NCBI GenBank assembly: GCA_037134915.1
Contig: JBAXLJ010000001.1
Coordinates: forward strand, 229,484 to 293,483
Source: Candidatus Falkowbacteria bacterium
GTDB lineage: Bacteria > Patescibacteriota > Patescibacteriia > Patescibacteriales > UBA12465
Direction of reading: 5' to 3'
DNA: 64,000 bases
Shown here in pieces: positions 34,462-43,623 of this stretch. The position numbers were made by a program, and so were the translations under genes. Each line of letters starts with the position of its first letter. The first letter of the stretch is position 1. The notes under the pieces were generated by a model. It ran no database searches, was not told where the DNA came from, and saw only the letters and a program-made list of their open reading frames with translations.

Positions 34462-35124
34462 ATGGAAGGACATCAGTTAAATTTTTGTAAGAATTTTTCG
34501 ACGCAAGTTATCGGGCGTGTTAATGTTCCTAATTTGAAATCTGGGGACAAAGTACAAATTTATCCTTTTTCAATAAAGGGTGAAGAGATAAGTGTCAGAA
34601 AAATAAAAAAAGGCCAGCCGGTGGGTCAGTTTATCACCGTCAATCTAATGTATCTTTGCCTGGAAGAAAATCAGAAGCAAGAAATTGCCTTTGTAAAAGA
34701 TCTTGAAAAAAATCCTTGCCAAGATTTTTCTTTGGTGAGAGTTAATGAATCACTTTGCGCTGGTTTACTAAGCGTCAATCCTGGCGACCAAGTAAAAATC
34801 TGGTTTTATACTCTTGAGGCTTCGGTTGGCATTAAAAAGAAGAAAGGTTTATATACTTTCTATTTTCACTTTCCGATTACCGTGGCGATTGAAAAGCTGG
34901 GGGCAGGGGAAATTTTAATGGTTGATTTAAACGACCTCATTCTGGGGGTCAAACAAAAGGAAAAAATCAAAGAAATTCTGAGTCAGGGCATTAAATCCCT
35001 GATGAAGAGTTTGCGGTTCACTAAAAAAGAGACGGAATTTGTGGATCATCGCTTGCCCAAAATTTTGGAGCACGCTTTTATGTCCGAAGAAGCCGTCTTA
35101 GCTTTTTCAGAAAACTACAATTAA
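34462..35124 (+). CDS. Hypothetical protein
   Basis: AGGAGGGG Shine-Dalgarno sequence upstream; no motif recognised. Confidence 0.4.
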   Translation: MEGHQLNFCKNFSTQVIGRVNVPNLKSGDKVQIYPFSIKGEEISVRKIKKGQPVGQFITVNLMYLCLEENQKQEIAFVKDLEKNPCQDFSLVRVNESLCAGLLSVNPGDQVKIWFYTLEASVGIKKKKGLYTFYFHFPITVAIEKLGAGEILMVDLNDLILGVKQKEKIKEILSQGIKSLMKSLRFTKKETEFVDHRLPKILEHAFMSEEAVLAFSENYN

Positions 35125-35133
35125 AAATTTGTG

Positions 35134-35165
35134 GAGGTTTGCCAGCTGGCAAACCTCTTTTTTTA
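35134..35165 (+). terminator. Intrinsic terminator
   Basis: GAGGTTTGCC-AGCT-GGCAAACCTC followed by T7. A second, bidirectional hairpin lies at 35174-35198. Confidence 0.85.
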
Positions 35166-35224
35166 TAAAAAAATAAGTCCGGATTCCGTCGGACTTATTT
35201 TTATAATATTTTAATTTTAAATAT

Positions 35225-35755
35225 TTATTCCAAGCAGCAATTAACTACTTTTTTAACTAAACCGCCGAGCTTACCGGCGAAACCTTGTTTTTCGGTGTCT
35301 TTATTATCTAAGGCGTTGTCATCAATCTTTTTAATCTCACCCACGCCAATGAGCTTCATATTTAAGCCCCAAAATAGGGAATATAAATCGTAAGATTTTT
35401 GGAACATGTCTTTTGCTTCTTCTTTGTTGTTTCGCCCTTGGGCTTTGGTGCCAACTTCCATTAAACGGTAGGAAGCGGCTAGTAAATGTTTGGAGATGCA
35501 CCAGACTTCGCCTTCGTAGTCTTTAATTATTTTTTTAAGCAGCTCTTTGCGCATTTCCCGAACCTCGTTTAATAAGTCATAATATTCCGGTTTACCGGTT
35601 TTAGCGCCAGTAAAGAAAAAATGTTCTTCAATTGAGACTAGATTCATGATGGCAATTGAAAGATCTTGGTCGCTGGATAAATCCAGTTTATTATCTTTTT
35701 TAAGATCATCAAACTTCTTAATCATTTCATCGAGTCCCATTAATTTTTCAGTCAT
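35225..35755 (-). CDS. Hypothetical protein
   Basis: 176-aa helical-looking ORF ending ..NCCLE. Confidence 0.4.
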   Translation of the reverse strand: MTEKLMGLDEMIKKFDDLKKDNKLDLSSDQDLSIAIMNLVSIEEHFFFTGAKTGKPEYYDLLNEVREMRKELLKKIIKDYEGEVWCISKHLLAASYRLMEVGTKAQGRNNKEEAKDMFQKSYDLYSLFWGLNMKLIGVGEIKKIDDNALDNKDTEKQGFAGKLGGLVKKVVNCCLE

Positions 35756-35759
35756 ATTT

Positions 35760-36272
35760 TTAGCGAGTGAGTAAATAAAAGATTAGACTAAAGAAAGCTA
35801 AAGCCACAAAAGGCATTACCACTTTTTGAAACGGGAAATAAGCGTGGCCGTTATTATTCTTCTTAAGCCATAAATAAAATTCACTTGTGGCTAAGAAGAC
35901 TAAGCTGCCTAAAGTAATACCTAGAATTATTTTATCAATGCCCCACATCTTATTTAGTGGGTGGCCGATAAAATTTTGAGTGGTTAGTGGCCAAGCGACC
36001 ATGGCGTAGTAAGCGAGGATAATTAGAGTATTCCACCAGATAACAGTTTTTTCTTTTTTGATGTGAGGCTTAGCCCAGTTAATAGTCCACATAATCATCG
36101 AAACGGTTAGTCCACCAATCCATAGTCCGGTAATGGTATCATCGATTCCTAGATAACGAGACAATCCGAGGCCGGCGCCAACTGCAATAATGCAGACCGG
36201 ACAAACGGCCTGAGCGGGCCAAGCCATTAAAGTAGCGGTTAAAGCTAGAGTAGGGACAATTATTTTTTTCAT
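35760..36272 (-). CDS. Integral membrane protein with N-terminal CPVC motif
   Basis: Signal/TM then AVCPVCIIAVG; about 5 TM. Adjacent to the Trx-like protein. Confidence 0.45.
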   Translation of the reverse strand: MKKIIVPTLALTATLMAWPAQAVCPVCIIAVGAGLGLSRYLGIDDTITGLWIGGLTVSMIMWTINWAKPHIKKEKTVIWWNTLIILAYYAMVAWPLTTQNFIGHPLNKMWGIDKIILGITLGSLVFLATSEFYLWLKKNNNGHAYFPFQKVVMPFVALAFFSLIFYLLTR

Positions 36273-36273
36273 T

Positions 36274-36621
36274 TTATTTTTTGTTTGAAAAATAATTTAT
36301 AATATCTTGGTCGCCGATTAAACAATTTTTACCGTCAAAGAAAAAGGGAACACTTAAATTATCGGTCGGTAGTCCGCAGCTGGCTGCTTTTTTTGCTAGC
36401 AGTTGAGCGTTACCAGGATTAGTCGAAACCTCTAATTGGCGGAAGACTAGATAATTTTTCACATTATTATCGCTAATATATTGTTCCACAATTTTGCAGT
36501 GAGGACAAGTGTCGCTATAAAATAAAATTTGGGTGGGCTGCTTTTTAATAAAAGCATAAGTTAAACCAGCAATCATTAAGATGGCGATGGCTATTATAGA
36601 AATTTTAGCCGCTTTGTTCAT
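36274..36621 (-). CDS. Membrane-anchored thioredoxin/glutaredoxin-like protein
   Basis: N-terminal TM anchor then a CPHC active site in a Trx-fold-sized domain. Confidence 0.6.
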   Translation of the reverse strand: MNKAAKISIIAIAILMIAGLTYAFIKKQPTQILFYSDTCPHCKIVEQYISDNNVKNYLVFRQLEVSTNPGNAQLLAKKAASCGLPTDNLSVPFFFDGKNCLIGDQDIINYFSNKK

Positions 36622-36709
36622 AGTGTTTTGAAGCTTAGGTAAGTAACATAAGCTATAATATCATAAAAAGGCCGCATCGGAAATAGTTATTAGATGCGGC
36701 CTTTTAAGG

Positions 36710-38470
36710 TTATAAGTAATTTTTAATAGTCTCTTGGATTTCTTTAAAGAAATCGGGTTTGCTTATTTCCCGGGCATCTCTAGAGCCGCGATCGCGGACC
36801 GATAAAACTGGGGCCCCCACTTCTTTGTCGCCAATAACCAGCATATAAGGCACTTTTTCGTTAACGGCTTTGCGGATTTTGTTACCGACGGTTTCGTTAT
36901 CTTCGTCAATTTCGACGCGAATTCCGGCCGCTTTAAATTCAGCGGCTAAAGTCTGGCAGTAGGGTAAATGGTTTTCGGAAACAGACACCAATTTTACTTG
37001 AACCGGGGAAAGCCAAACGGGAAAGGCCCCGGCGTAGTGCTCGATAATCACGCCCAAGAATCTTTCCATTGAACCAAGCAGGGCTCGATGAATCGCAATT
37101 GGAGTTTTACCTTGGCCGTCGCTATCAGTATATTTAAGATCGAAGCGCTGCGGTAATTGATAATCTAACTGAATCGTGGCTAGCTGCCATTGGCGGCCAA
37201 TGGCGTCTTTAACTTTGACATCAATTTTTGGTCCATAAAAAGCGCCGTCACCTTCATTTACTTTGTAAGATAGCTCGGCTGATTCTAAGGCTCGTTTCAA
37301 ATTAGCTTCGGCTTCATCCCAGGTCGCTTTTTCACCAAGAAAATGTTCCGGTCGAGTCGATAAATGGATTTCATCAATCTCCAAGTTAAAGATTTTATAA
37401 ATCTTTTTTATCTTAGAGAGTAATGCCGAGATTTCACTAAAAATCTGATCAGGGCTGATAAAAATATGAGTATCATCTTGAGATAATGATCTAACGCGAG
37501 TAAGGCCGTGTAGTGTGCCTGATTTTTCATTACGATACAGAGTAGTTACTTCAGCAATTCTCAGCGGCAGATCTCGATATGACCGGATGCTATTTTTAAA
37601 GACTAACATATGAGCCGGGCAGTTCATGGGTTTAAGTCCCATATCGATGTTATCTTCGTTGTGATGCAGGCAGAACATATCCTCTTGATAATGATCCCAG
37701 TGTCCTGACATTTTCCAAAGATCAGCGTTAAGTAGCTGCGGGGTTCTTACTTCTTGGTAGCCTTCGCCATATGAATGGGCACGCACAAATTTGGTCAGCT
37801 CCTGTAAAATAATCATTCCTTTAGGTAAAAAGAAAGGCATGCCAGGGGCAAATTCATGATTCATGAAGATATCCAATTCTTTGCCTAATTTTCGGTGATC
37901 TCTTTTTTCAGCTTCGGCCATCATATTTAAATAAGCGTCTAATTCCTCTTTGGTGTCATAAGCTAAACCGTAGATACGGGTTAACATTTTATTTTTCTCA
38001 TCACCGCGCCAATAAGCGCCCGCTAGCTTGTCTAATTTAAAACTCCCGGGTTTTATTTTGCTGGTATTTTCCACGTGCGGTCCGCGGCACAAATCAGTGA
38101 AAGCACCAACATTATAAAAACTAACCACGGTTTCACCCTTAGTTTTTAAATCAGCAATCAGTTCGGCTTTATAGGTGTCGTGATTTTTTTGGGCTTCTTC
38201 TAAAGCCTCATCGATATTCTTTTCACTTCGTTCAAATTTTAAATTTTGTTTTACTAAGTGGGCCATGCGTTTTTCAAAATCCCGCAGGACACTTTCGGTA
38301 ATTTTTTCTTCACCAAAATCAACGTCGTAGTAGAAACCATTAGCAATTGACGGTCCAATGGCTAATTTGGCTTCCGGGTATTTTTCGGTAATAGCGGTGG
38401 CTAGCAGGTGGGCCAAAGAATGGCGTTTTACTTCTAGGCCGTTTAGTTCGTGTTCGTGTTCGTGTGACAT
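36710..38470 (-). CDS. thrS: Threonyl-tRNA synthetase (lacks the N-terminal TGS domain)
   Basis: SAD motif RHSLAHLLA; class II core (FRNE.. LHGLTRVR); C-terminal anticodon-binding domain. Confidence 0.93.
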   Translation of the reverse strand: MSHEHEHELNGLEVKRHSLAHLLATAITEKYPEAKLAIGPSIANGFYYDVDFGEEKITESVLRDFEKRMAHLVKQNLKFERSEKNIDEALEEAQKNHDTYKAELIADLKTKGETVVSFYNVGAFTDLCRGPHVENTSKIKPGSFKLDKLAGAYWRGDEKNKMLTRIYGLAYDTKEELDAYLNMMAEAEKRDHRKLGKELDIFMNHEFAPGMPFFLPKGMIILQELTKFVRAHSYGEGYQEVRTPQLLNADLWKMSGHWDHYQEDMFCLHHNEDNIDMGLKPMNCPAHMLVFKNSIRSYRDLPLRIAEVTTLYRNEKSGTLHGLTRVRSLSQDDTHIFISPDQIFSEISALLSKIKKIYKIFNLEIDEIHLSTRPEHFLGEKATWDEAEANLKRALESAELSYKVNEGDGAFYGPKIDVKVKDAIGRQWQLATIQLDYQLPQRFDLKYTDSDGQGKTPIAIHRALLGSMERFLGVIIEHYAGAFPVWLSPVQVKLVSVSENHLPYCQTLAAEFKAAGIRVEIDEDNETVGNKIRKAVNEKVPYMLVIGDKEVGAPVLSVRDRGSRDAREISKPDFFKEIQETIKNYL

Positions 38471-38722
38471 ATTTTTAGAGTTAACCGTATAAATTATTTA
38501 TTTAAGTGTTACCAGGGGAAAATTAAAAACCCGCCTCGGTAACAGCACAAACACTAATTTATGCAGTGACCGGGACGGGATTTATTATCTCGCGGTTCCA
38601 CCCGATTTTTTTCTGGCGCCTTAAGACGTGAGAAAACTCTTTTGTAGATTGTTTTGACTCTTAGGAGTTTTTTAAACTCTAGCTTTTTAGCTAATTAGCT
38701 TGGTGGGCTAATCAATTGAGTT
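38471..38722 (-). promoter_or_regulatory. T-box riboswitch leader of thrS
   Basis: The minus strand reads AAUCGGGUGGAACCGCGAG (plus 38591-38603 core), then ...CGUCCCGG completing the canonical antiterminator (GGG/CCC, GCG/CGU). An overlapping terminator CCCGUCCCGG...CCGAGGCGGG + U5 lies at 38525-38580. Promoter TTGAAT-N16-TATACT at 38756-38729. Candidate ACC specifier at 38704-38702. Confidence 0.82.
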
Positions 38723-38757
38723 GCTCTTAGTATAACAGAATTAATAGATAATTCAAG

Positions 38758-39414
38758 CTAGCCTTTAGCTAGGGCTAGTTTGACAACTTGACCGGCGCCC
38801 GCCACTTTTAGTACTTTAGCCGCCTCATTTATAGTCGCGCCGCTAGTTATAATATCATCGACTAGAATAATATCGTGGCCCGTTAAATCGAATCCGTGCC
38901 ACGAGAAAACACCAGTTTGATTAAGCGGTCGCGCTTCTTCCTTAAGGTCGGCTTGGATGGCGCTCTTTTTATTTTTAGCTAGAGCTAAACTTAGCGGCCA
39001 GCCGTAATAATTACTAATTTCTTGAGCTAGTAATTCGCTCTGGTTGAAGCCGCGCCATTTTTTTCGGGCTTTATGTAAAGGGATGGGGACTACTAAAATA
39101 TTTTGCCAGTTCTTACCGCTTAAATTATTAAGCAAAATTTTCTTATCGAGCGCTTTTTTTAAAAAAATAAAAAGAGGTAAGCTGAGTTCTTGGTTAAAAT
39201 TAAATTTAAAAGCTTTAATTAGATTATTTAAAAGAGGATCTTTATATTCACCAGCAATTACTAAATTTTTGGTATTTAGCAATGCTCGCGGCACTTCGCC
39301 TTGATAATCTGAGAGCGACTCAAAGCATTCTTTACATAGCCAGATATTGGGGGCGCCGCAGCCGTAACATTGTTTTGGAAAAAAACAATCAAGCAAGAAA
39401 TTTTTTAAAGACAT
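38758..39414 (-). CDS. comFC: ComF-family competence protein (ComFC, PRT-like)
   Basis: N-terminal CxxC..CxxC zinc finger and C-terminal ILVDDIITSGATI. Confidence 0.85.
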   Translation of the reverse strand: MSLKNFLLDCFFPKQCYGCGAPNIWLCKECFESLSDYQGEVPRALLNTKNLVIAGEYKDPLLNNLIKAFKFNFNQELSLPLFIFLKKALDKKILLNNLSGKNWQNILVVPIPLHKARKKWRGFNQSELLAQEISNYYGWPLSLALAKNKKSAIQADLKEEARPLNQTGVFSWHGFDLTGHDIILVDDIITSGATINEAAKVLKVAGAGQVVKLALAKG

Positions 39415-39472
39415 AAAAAAACGCCACTCGCTTAGAACCGAGGGGTGTTTTTAAGCGCGTCTAAATTAAATT

Positions 39473-40744
39473 TTATTTAAGTTTGACTTTGTAAAGTAGG
39501 CCGGTATTTTTGTCGGAAAAAACTAATTGATTTTGAGCGCTGTTGACCATCAGATTACTGACATTAAAATTACCATTCGGCACCGCTACTAGTTGTTTTA
39601 CTCCGGTTTCTAAGTTTATTTTATAAAGTTCGTCATTACTTTTATCGGCAATTTCTCGAACCAGTCCGGCGCCTGATGGTAAATCAACTGGTACGGCACA
39701 ATAAATTTCGGTGTTGGAGGCGAAGGTGCATTTATCTGCCCAAGTATTTATTTCCAAGCTGTGACGGTTTTCATTAATGGTGTTACCCTGAGCGTCAACG
39801 ATCCAGAGTTTCGGTTTCATATCGCTGTTAGCGTTATAGACACTATAGAGCAGGCGGTCGCCAGTGGTTGACCAGGTGTAATTTAGGCCGCGTCCTTCAA
39901 CGATGGTAGATTTAAAATTTTCACCATTTAAGCCAACAAAGAAAACTTCTTGCCGATCAAAATCCAAACCCTTGCTGTAAGTGGCGACGATTTGATTATT
40001 AGGTGACCAGGAAGCTTGCACGGTTTCATTAGTGCCAATAGGGGTAACATTTACCGCTCTTGATCCATCTTCAGAGGAAACGGTTAAGAAGCGATTACTG
40101 GGATCAAGTCCAATGCTTTTAGCCACAACCTGATCGCTTTGTGGCGAGAAAGAAAAATTTTCCCAATATTTTGGGTAAGTAACTTGTTTTTTGGTGTCAA
40201 AATTATAGAGAATTTTTGAACCGTCAGGATATTCTAGAATCGCTTTATTTTTACTTGGAGCCCAAACAATATTGCTGACATCATGAAAAACTCGATCACT
40301 CATTTTAGTTACTTGTCCGCTGGTATCAATTTTGTAAAAATAACCATCATCTTTGTTGTAATATTGAACGCCGCCGGCAGCAGATAAAGTTGAACCGATA
40401 CCCGGAGAAGTAGTTAGTGTTTCCACTTTAGTTAAGCCGCCTAAAGCTAGATTAGAAGGGGCATTATTATCTGGTTGATTGCTCACTAAAGGATTATTTG
40501 GGTTACTGGTGCTATTATCGGCGTTACCCGGAATTGTTCCGGGGGCAGTGCTGGTAACTATTTGGCTACCGCCGTTGTCTGAAGAAGGCAATCCGCCGCG
40601 ATTCGGGGTGCTCGTGGATATTTCTGGAGAAATCGCCAAATTAGTTTGGAAAAAAGTCTTATAGAGAATCCAGCCCAGGAAAATTGTAATGGCTATAAAA
40701 CCAAAAACCAAAAAAAGTTTTTTATATTTTATAAATAGATTCAT
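39473..40744 (-). CDS. Membrane-anchored beta-propeller (PD40/TolB-like) protein
   Basis: N-terminal TM, Ser/Pro/Asn-rich linker, then repeated ..SPxxxxxVA/..DG..LLYS.. blades. Confidence 0.5.
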   Translation of the reverse strand: MNLFIKYKKLFLVFGFIAITIFLGWILYKTFFQTNLAISPEISTSTPNRGGLPSSDNGGSQIVTSTAPGTIPGNADNSTSNPNNPLVSNQPDNNAPSNLALGGLTKVETLTTSPGIGSTLSAAGGVQYYNKDDGYFYKIDTSGQVTKMSDRVFHDVSNIVWAPSKNKAILEYPDGSKILYNFDTKKQVTYPKYWENFSFSPQSDQVVAKSIGLDPSNRFLTVSSEDGSRAVNVTPIGTNETVQASWSPNNQIVATYSKGLDFDRQEVFFVGLNGENFKSTIVEGRGLNYTWSTTGDRLLYSVYNANSDMKPKLWIVDAQGNTINENRHSLEINTWADKCTFASNTEIYCAVPVDLPSGAGLVREIADKSNDELYKINLETGVKQLVAVPNGNFNVSNLMVNSAQNQLVFSDKNTGLLYKVKLK

Positions 40745-40890
40745 AGGGGGATTTTTATTTTGCCGATTATTTTTATAAGCCGTTTAACTCTTTGCTTTTG
40801 TCTGTAATTATTATATAATATAAACTGATACATATCAAACTAATAAGTCTGCATTTGTCAGTTTTATTTATGGACTTAATTTAAAAATTT

Positions 40891-41940
40891 ATGGGTTTGT
40901 TTTCGAAATCAGACAACTCTTTTTTAGGTGTAGATATCGGTGATTCGTCTTTAAAGATGGTTGAACTTAAAAAAAAGGGCAAAAAAATATATTTGACTAA
41001 TTATGCATTTTCCGAAAACGTTAATGATGTTAAATTCACTAAGATCGATGATAGCGCTTATTTAGCCAAAGCTATTAATAAGGTTCGCGATGAGGCTAAG
41101 ATAAAAGCTAAACGGGTAACTGCCTCACTGCCAACCTTTGCCGTCTTTTCTTCAATTATTACTTTAACTGGAGTCGACAAAAGTAATTTAACTAGCGCTG
41201 TTTTAGAAGAAGCCAAGAAAGTTATTCCGCTGCCACTAGAAGAGATGAAGATTGATTTTAGGGTGATTCCGGAACCAGCGGCGAGTAAAAATGTTGTTAA
41301 ATCTAACGTCAGAGTTTTTTTAACTTGTTCACCTCGAAAAATTGTCCGTAAATATATCGAGGTTTTTAATCAGGCTAATTTAGAATTATCGTATCTTGAA
41401 ACCGAAACTTTTTCTCTAGTCAGGTCTTTAATTGGCAATGATAAATCAACCATCATGATGGTAGAAATCGGGGCTAATAGTACCGATATCTCAGTGGTTC
41501 GCGAAAGTATTCCCGTTTTAAATCGGAGTCTGGAAATTTGCGGGACTACGATTACGACCGCTTTAGCGGAAAAGTTGGGGATTAGTTTTGCTCAAGCCGA
41601 ACAATTTAAGATTGATTTATCCTTATCAGAAAAAGTAGCCACGGAAATTCCTGCGATTATTATCAAAACTATCACCCCGATTATTGGTGAAATTAAGTAT
41701 ATGCTAGATTTTTATAACATGGCTAATCAGGGGCAGGTGGAAAAAATTATTTTGTCTGGCGGCTCCTCGCTGCTTTTTAGTTTGTCTAAATATTTAAGCG
41801 ATAAACTAAATTTGCAAGTGATTGTTGGGGATCCGTTTAACCGGATTTTGTACCCTGAAGAGCTTAAGCCGATAATCAGGGAAGTCGGACCAAGACTGGC
41901 GGTGGCCGCTGGTCTTGCTCTACGGGATATTGAAAATTAA
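40891..41940 (+). CDS. pilM: Type IV pilus assembly protein PilM (actin-like ATPase)
   Basis: LGVDIGDSSLKMVEL N-terminus, 349 aa, followed by PilN/O-like genes. Confidence 0.88.
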   Translation: MGLFSKSDNSFLGVDIGDSSLKMVELKKKGKKIYLTNYAFSENVNDVKFTKIDDSAYLAKAINKVRDEAKIKAKRVTASLPTFAVFSSIITLTGVDKSNLTSAVLEEAKKVIPLPLEEMKIDFRVIPEPAASKNVVKSNVRVFLTCSPRKIVRKYIEVFNQANLELSYLETETFSLVRSLIGNDKSTIMMVEIGANSTDISVVRESIPVLNRSLEICGTTITTALAEKLGISFAQAEQFKIDLSLSEKVATEIPAIIIKTITPIIGEIKYMLDFYNMANQGQVEKIILSGGSSLLFSLSKYLSDKLNLQVIVGDPFNRILYPEELKPIIREVGPRLAVAAGLALRDIEN

Positions 41941-41948
41941 TTTTAAAA

Positions 41949-42602
41949 ATGAAACTTTTTAATCAAAAAATAAATACGGGGGCGACTTATCAAAAGGATA
42001 ACTTGATTAATCCTAAAATTTTGGAAGTCAATTTGATTAAAGATGAGATGGGGGTTGAATTTAATGTTAGTAAACATTTATTATCCTTATTTTTAACGTT
42101 GTTAGTGGCCTCTTTGCTGGTGGCGGAAATTTATTACGGACTGGATTGGTGGCAAAAACAAGAAGAGCAAAAAACTTTAGTGATTAATGCGGAATATGAA
42201 GATGTTAGCCGCCAAGTTAAAAATATTAATCTTAATGCTAAAGATTTTACTGCTTTTAGAGATAAATTAGCGCTGACTAAAAACATGGCCGATAGCCATA
42301 TTTATTGGACCGATTTTTTTAATTGGCTAGAACAGAACACCCTTAATTCAGTTGCTTATGGCGGATTCGCTGGCGATACTAGCGGTAAGTATTCTTTAAA
42401 CGCTACGGCTAAAACTTTTAGTGATATCAGTTGGCAGGTTAAAGCTTTTCGCGATAATAAGTTTGTTGATTACGTGCGTGTTGATTCTGGTTCGGCTGCC
42501 GGCCGCGATGATAAGAGTATAACTAAGGCCACGAGCACAGATGTTAATTTTTCTTTAGATTTGAAAGTTAAGCCGGATATATTTTATCGTCAAGCTCAGT
42601 AA
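41949..42602 (+). CDS. PilN-like bitopic pilus alignment protein
   Basis: Single TM after a short cytoplasmic N-terminus; position after pilM. Confidence 0.5.
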   Translation: MKLFNQKINTGATYQKDNLINPKILEVNLIKDEMGVEFNVSKHLLSLFLTLLVASLLVAEIYYGLDWWQKQEEQKTLVINAEYEDVSRQVKNINLNAKDFTAFRDKLALTKNMADSHIYWTDFFNWLEQNTLNSVAYGGFAGDTSGKYSLNATAKTFSDISWQVKAFRDNKFVDYVRVDSGSAAGRDDKSITKATSTDVNFSLDLKVKPDIFYRQAQ

Positions 42603-42604
42603 TT

Positions 42605-43225
42605 ATGATTTATAATAATTTAGCCAAGAAAAACAGCCTTAATACTTTTTTAAACAAATATTTTAATTTGTTTGTGGTTGTTTTTGTGTCTTTTTTATTA
42701 TTCATTGCCTATTTATTAATTCTGCAACCTAAAGTTAGCAGCACTGCGGCGGCGATTTCGGAAAACATCAGCTCTCATCAAAAATTATTGCAAGCGGAAA
42801 AAATTAAATTGGCCAACCTAAAAGAGGCTATTAGTAATTATGACAATATTGATACCGTTGATTTAGATCGCATCAACCACATCTTGCCTAATGACTATGA
42901 TAAAGAATTGCTTTATGGAGAAATTGAAGAACTTATTACTAAAAATGGTTTTACACCGTTATCAATTACCTTGGCTAAGGAAGGTGAGACCAGTGCCGGA
43001 GCAGCTAATGCGTCCGCTGGCGACGATAAGGGTGAGGCTAAAGATAGTAGCAAAATTGGTGTGATTAATATTTCATTAAACATTGCTTCGGTTGATTATG
43101 CTGGTCTAAAAAATCTTTTAACTATTCTGGAGAGCAATTTAAGACTGCTAGATGTTAAAAAACTTAGTTTAGACGGTGGGCATTCGGGTAGCTTGGAAAT
43201 TTCTACTTATTACTACAAAAAATGA
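42605..43225 (+). CDS. PilO-like bitopic pilus alignment protein
   Basis: Single TM plus coiled-coil segment; position in the operon. Confidence 0.5.
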   Translation: MIYNNLAKKNSLNTFLNKYFNLFVVVFVSFLLFIAYLLILQPKVSSTAAAISENISSHQKLLQAEKIKLANLKEAISNYDNIDTVDLDRINHILPNDYDKELLYGEIEELITKNGFTPLSITLAKEGETSAGAANASAGDDKGEAKDSSKIGVINISLNIASVDYAGLKNLLTILESNLRLLDVKKLSLDGGHSGSLEISTYYYKK

Positions 43226-43620
43226 GACAAAGTAAGTCGACAATCTTATATTTATTTATTCTGCTAATGCTTCTAGCCGGTTTAAGTTTGTTTATTTTTA
43301 AAGATAATTTGGCTGGGCGTTTTTTAAACCCAGGTGATAGTAATAATGTTTTGCCGGTCAAGCCGACGGCGGGTTCTTTTAACTTAAATATTTTACGCGA
43401 TAGTCGGGTTAAAGAGCTTAAAAATTATGTGGGGGTTTTTAGCTATGAGGATTTAAATAAAAGTCAGGATGCTTTAGAAGCGGCTCTTAAAGCTCAACAA
43501 GAAGTAATTATCAGTAACCCCAGCGAAGCTTCGAGCTCGGCTGTTTATAGCCCTAGTAATTTTGTTAGAGTTAGGGTGGGGAATCCCAACCCGTTTATTG
43601 TTAATAAAGTAGTTAAGTAA
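43222..43620 (+). CDS. Membrane-anchored hypothetical protein in the pilus operon
   Basis: ATGA overlap with the previous gene; one N-terminal TM. Confidence 0.35.
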   Translation: MRQSKSTILYLFILLMLLAGLSLFIFKDNLAGRFLNPGDSNNVLPVKPTAGSFNLNILRDSRVKELKNYVGVFSYEDLNKSQDALEAALKAQQEVIISNPSEASSSAVYSPSNFVRVRVGNPNPFIVNKVVK

Positions 43621-43623
43621 TCT

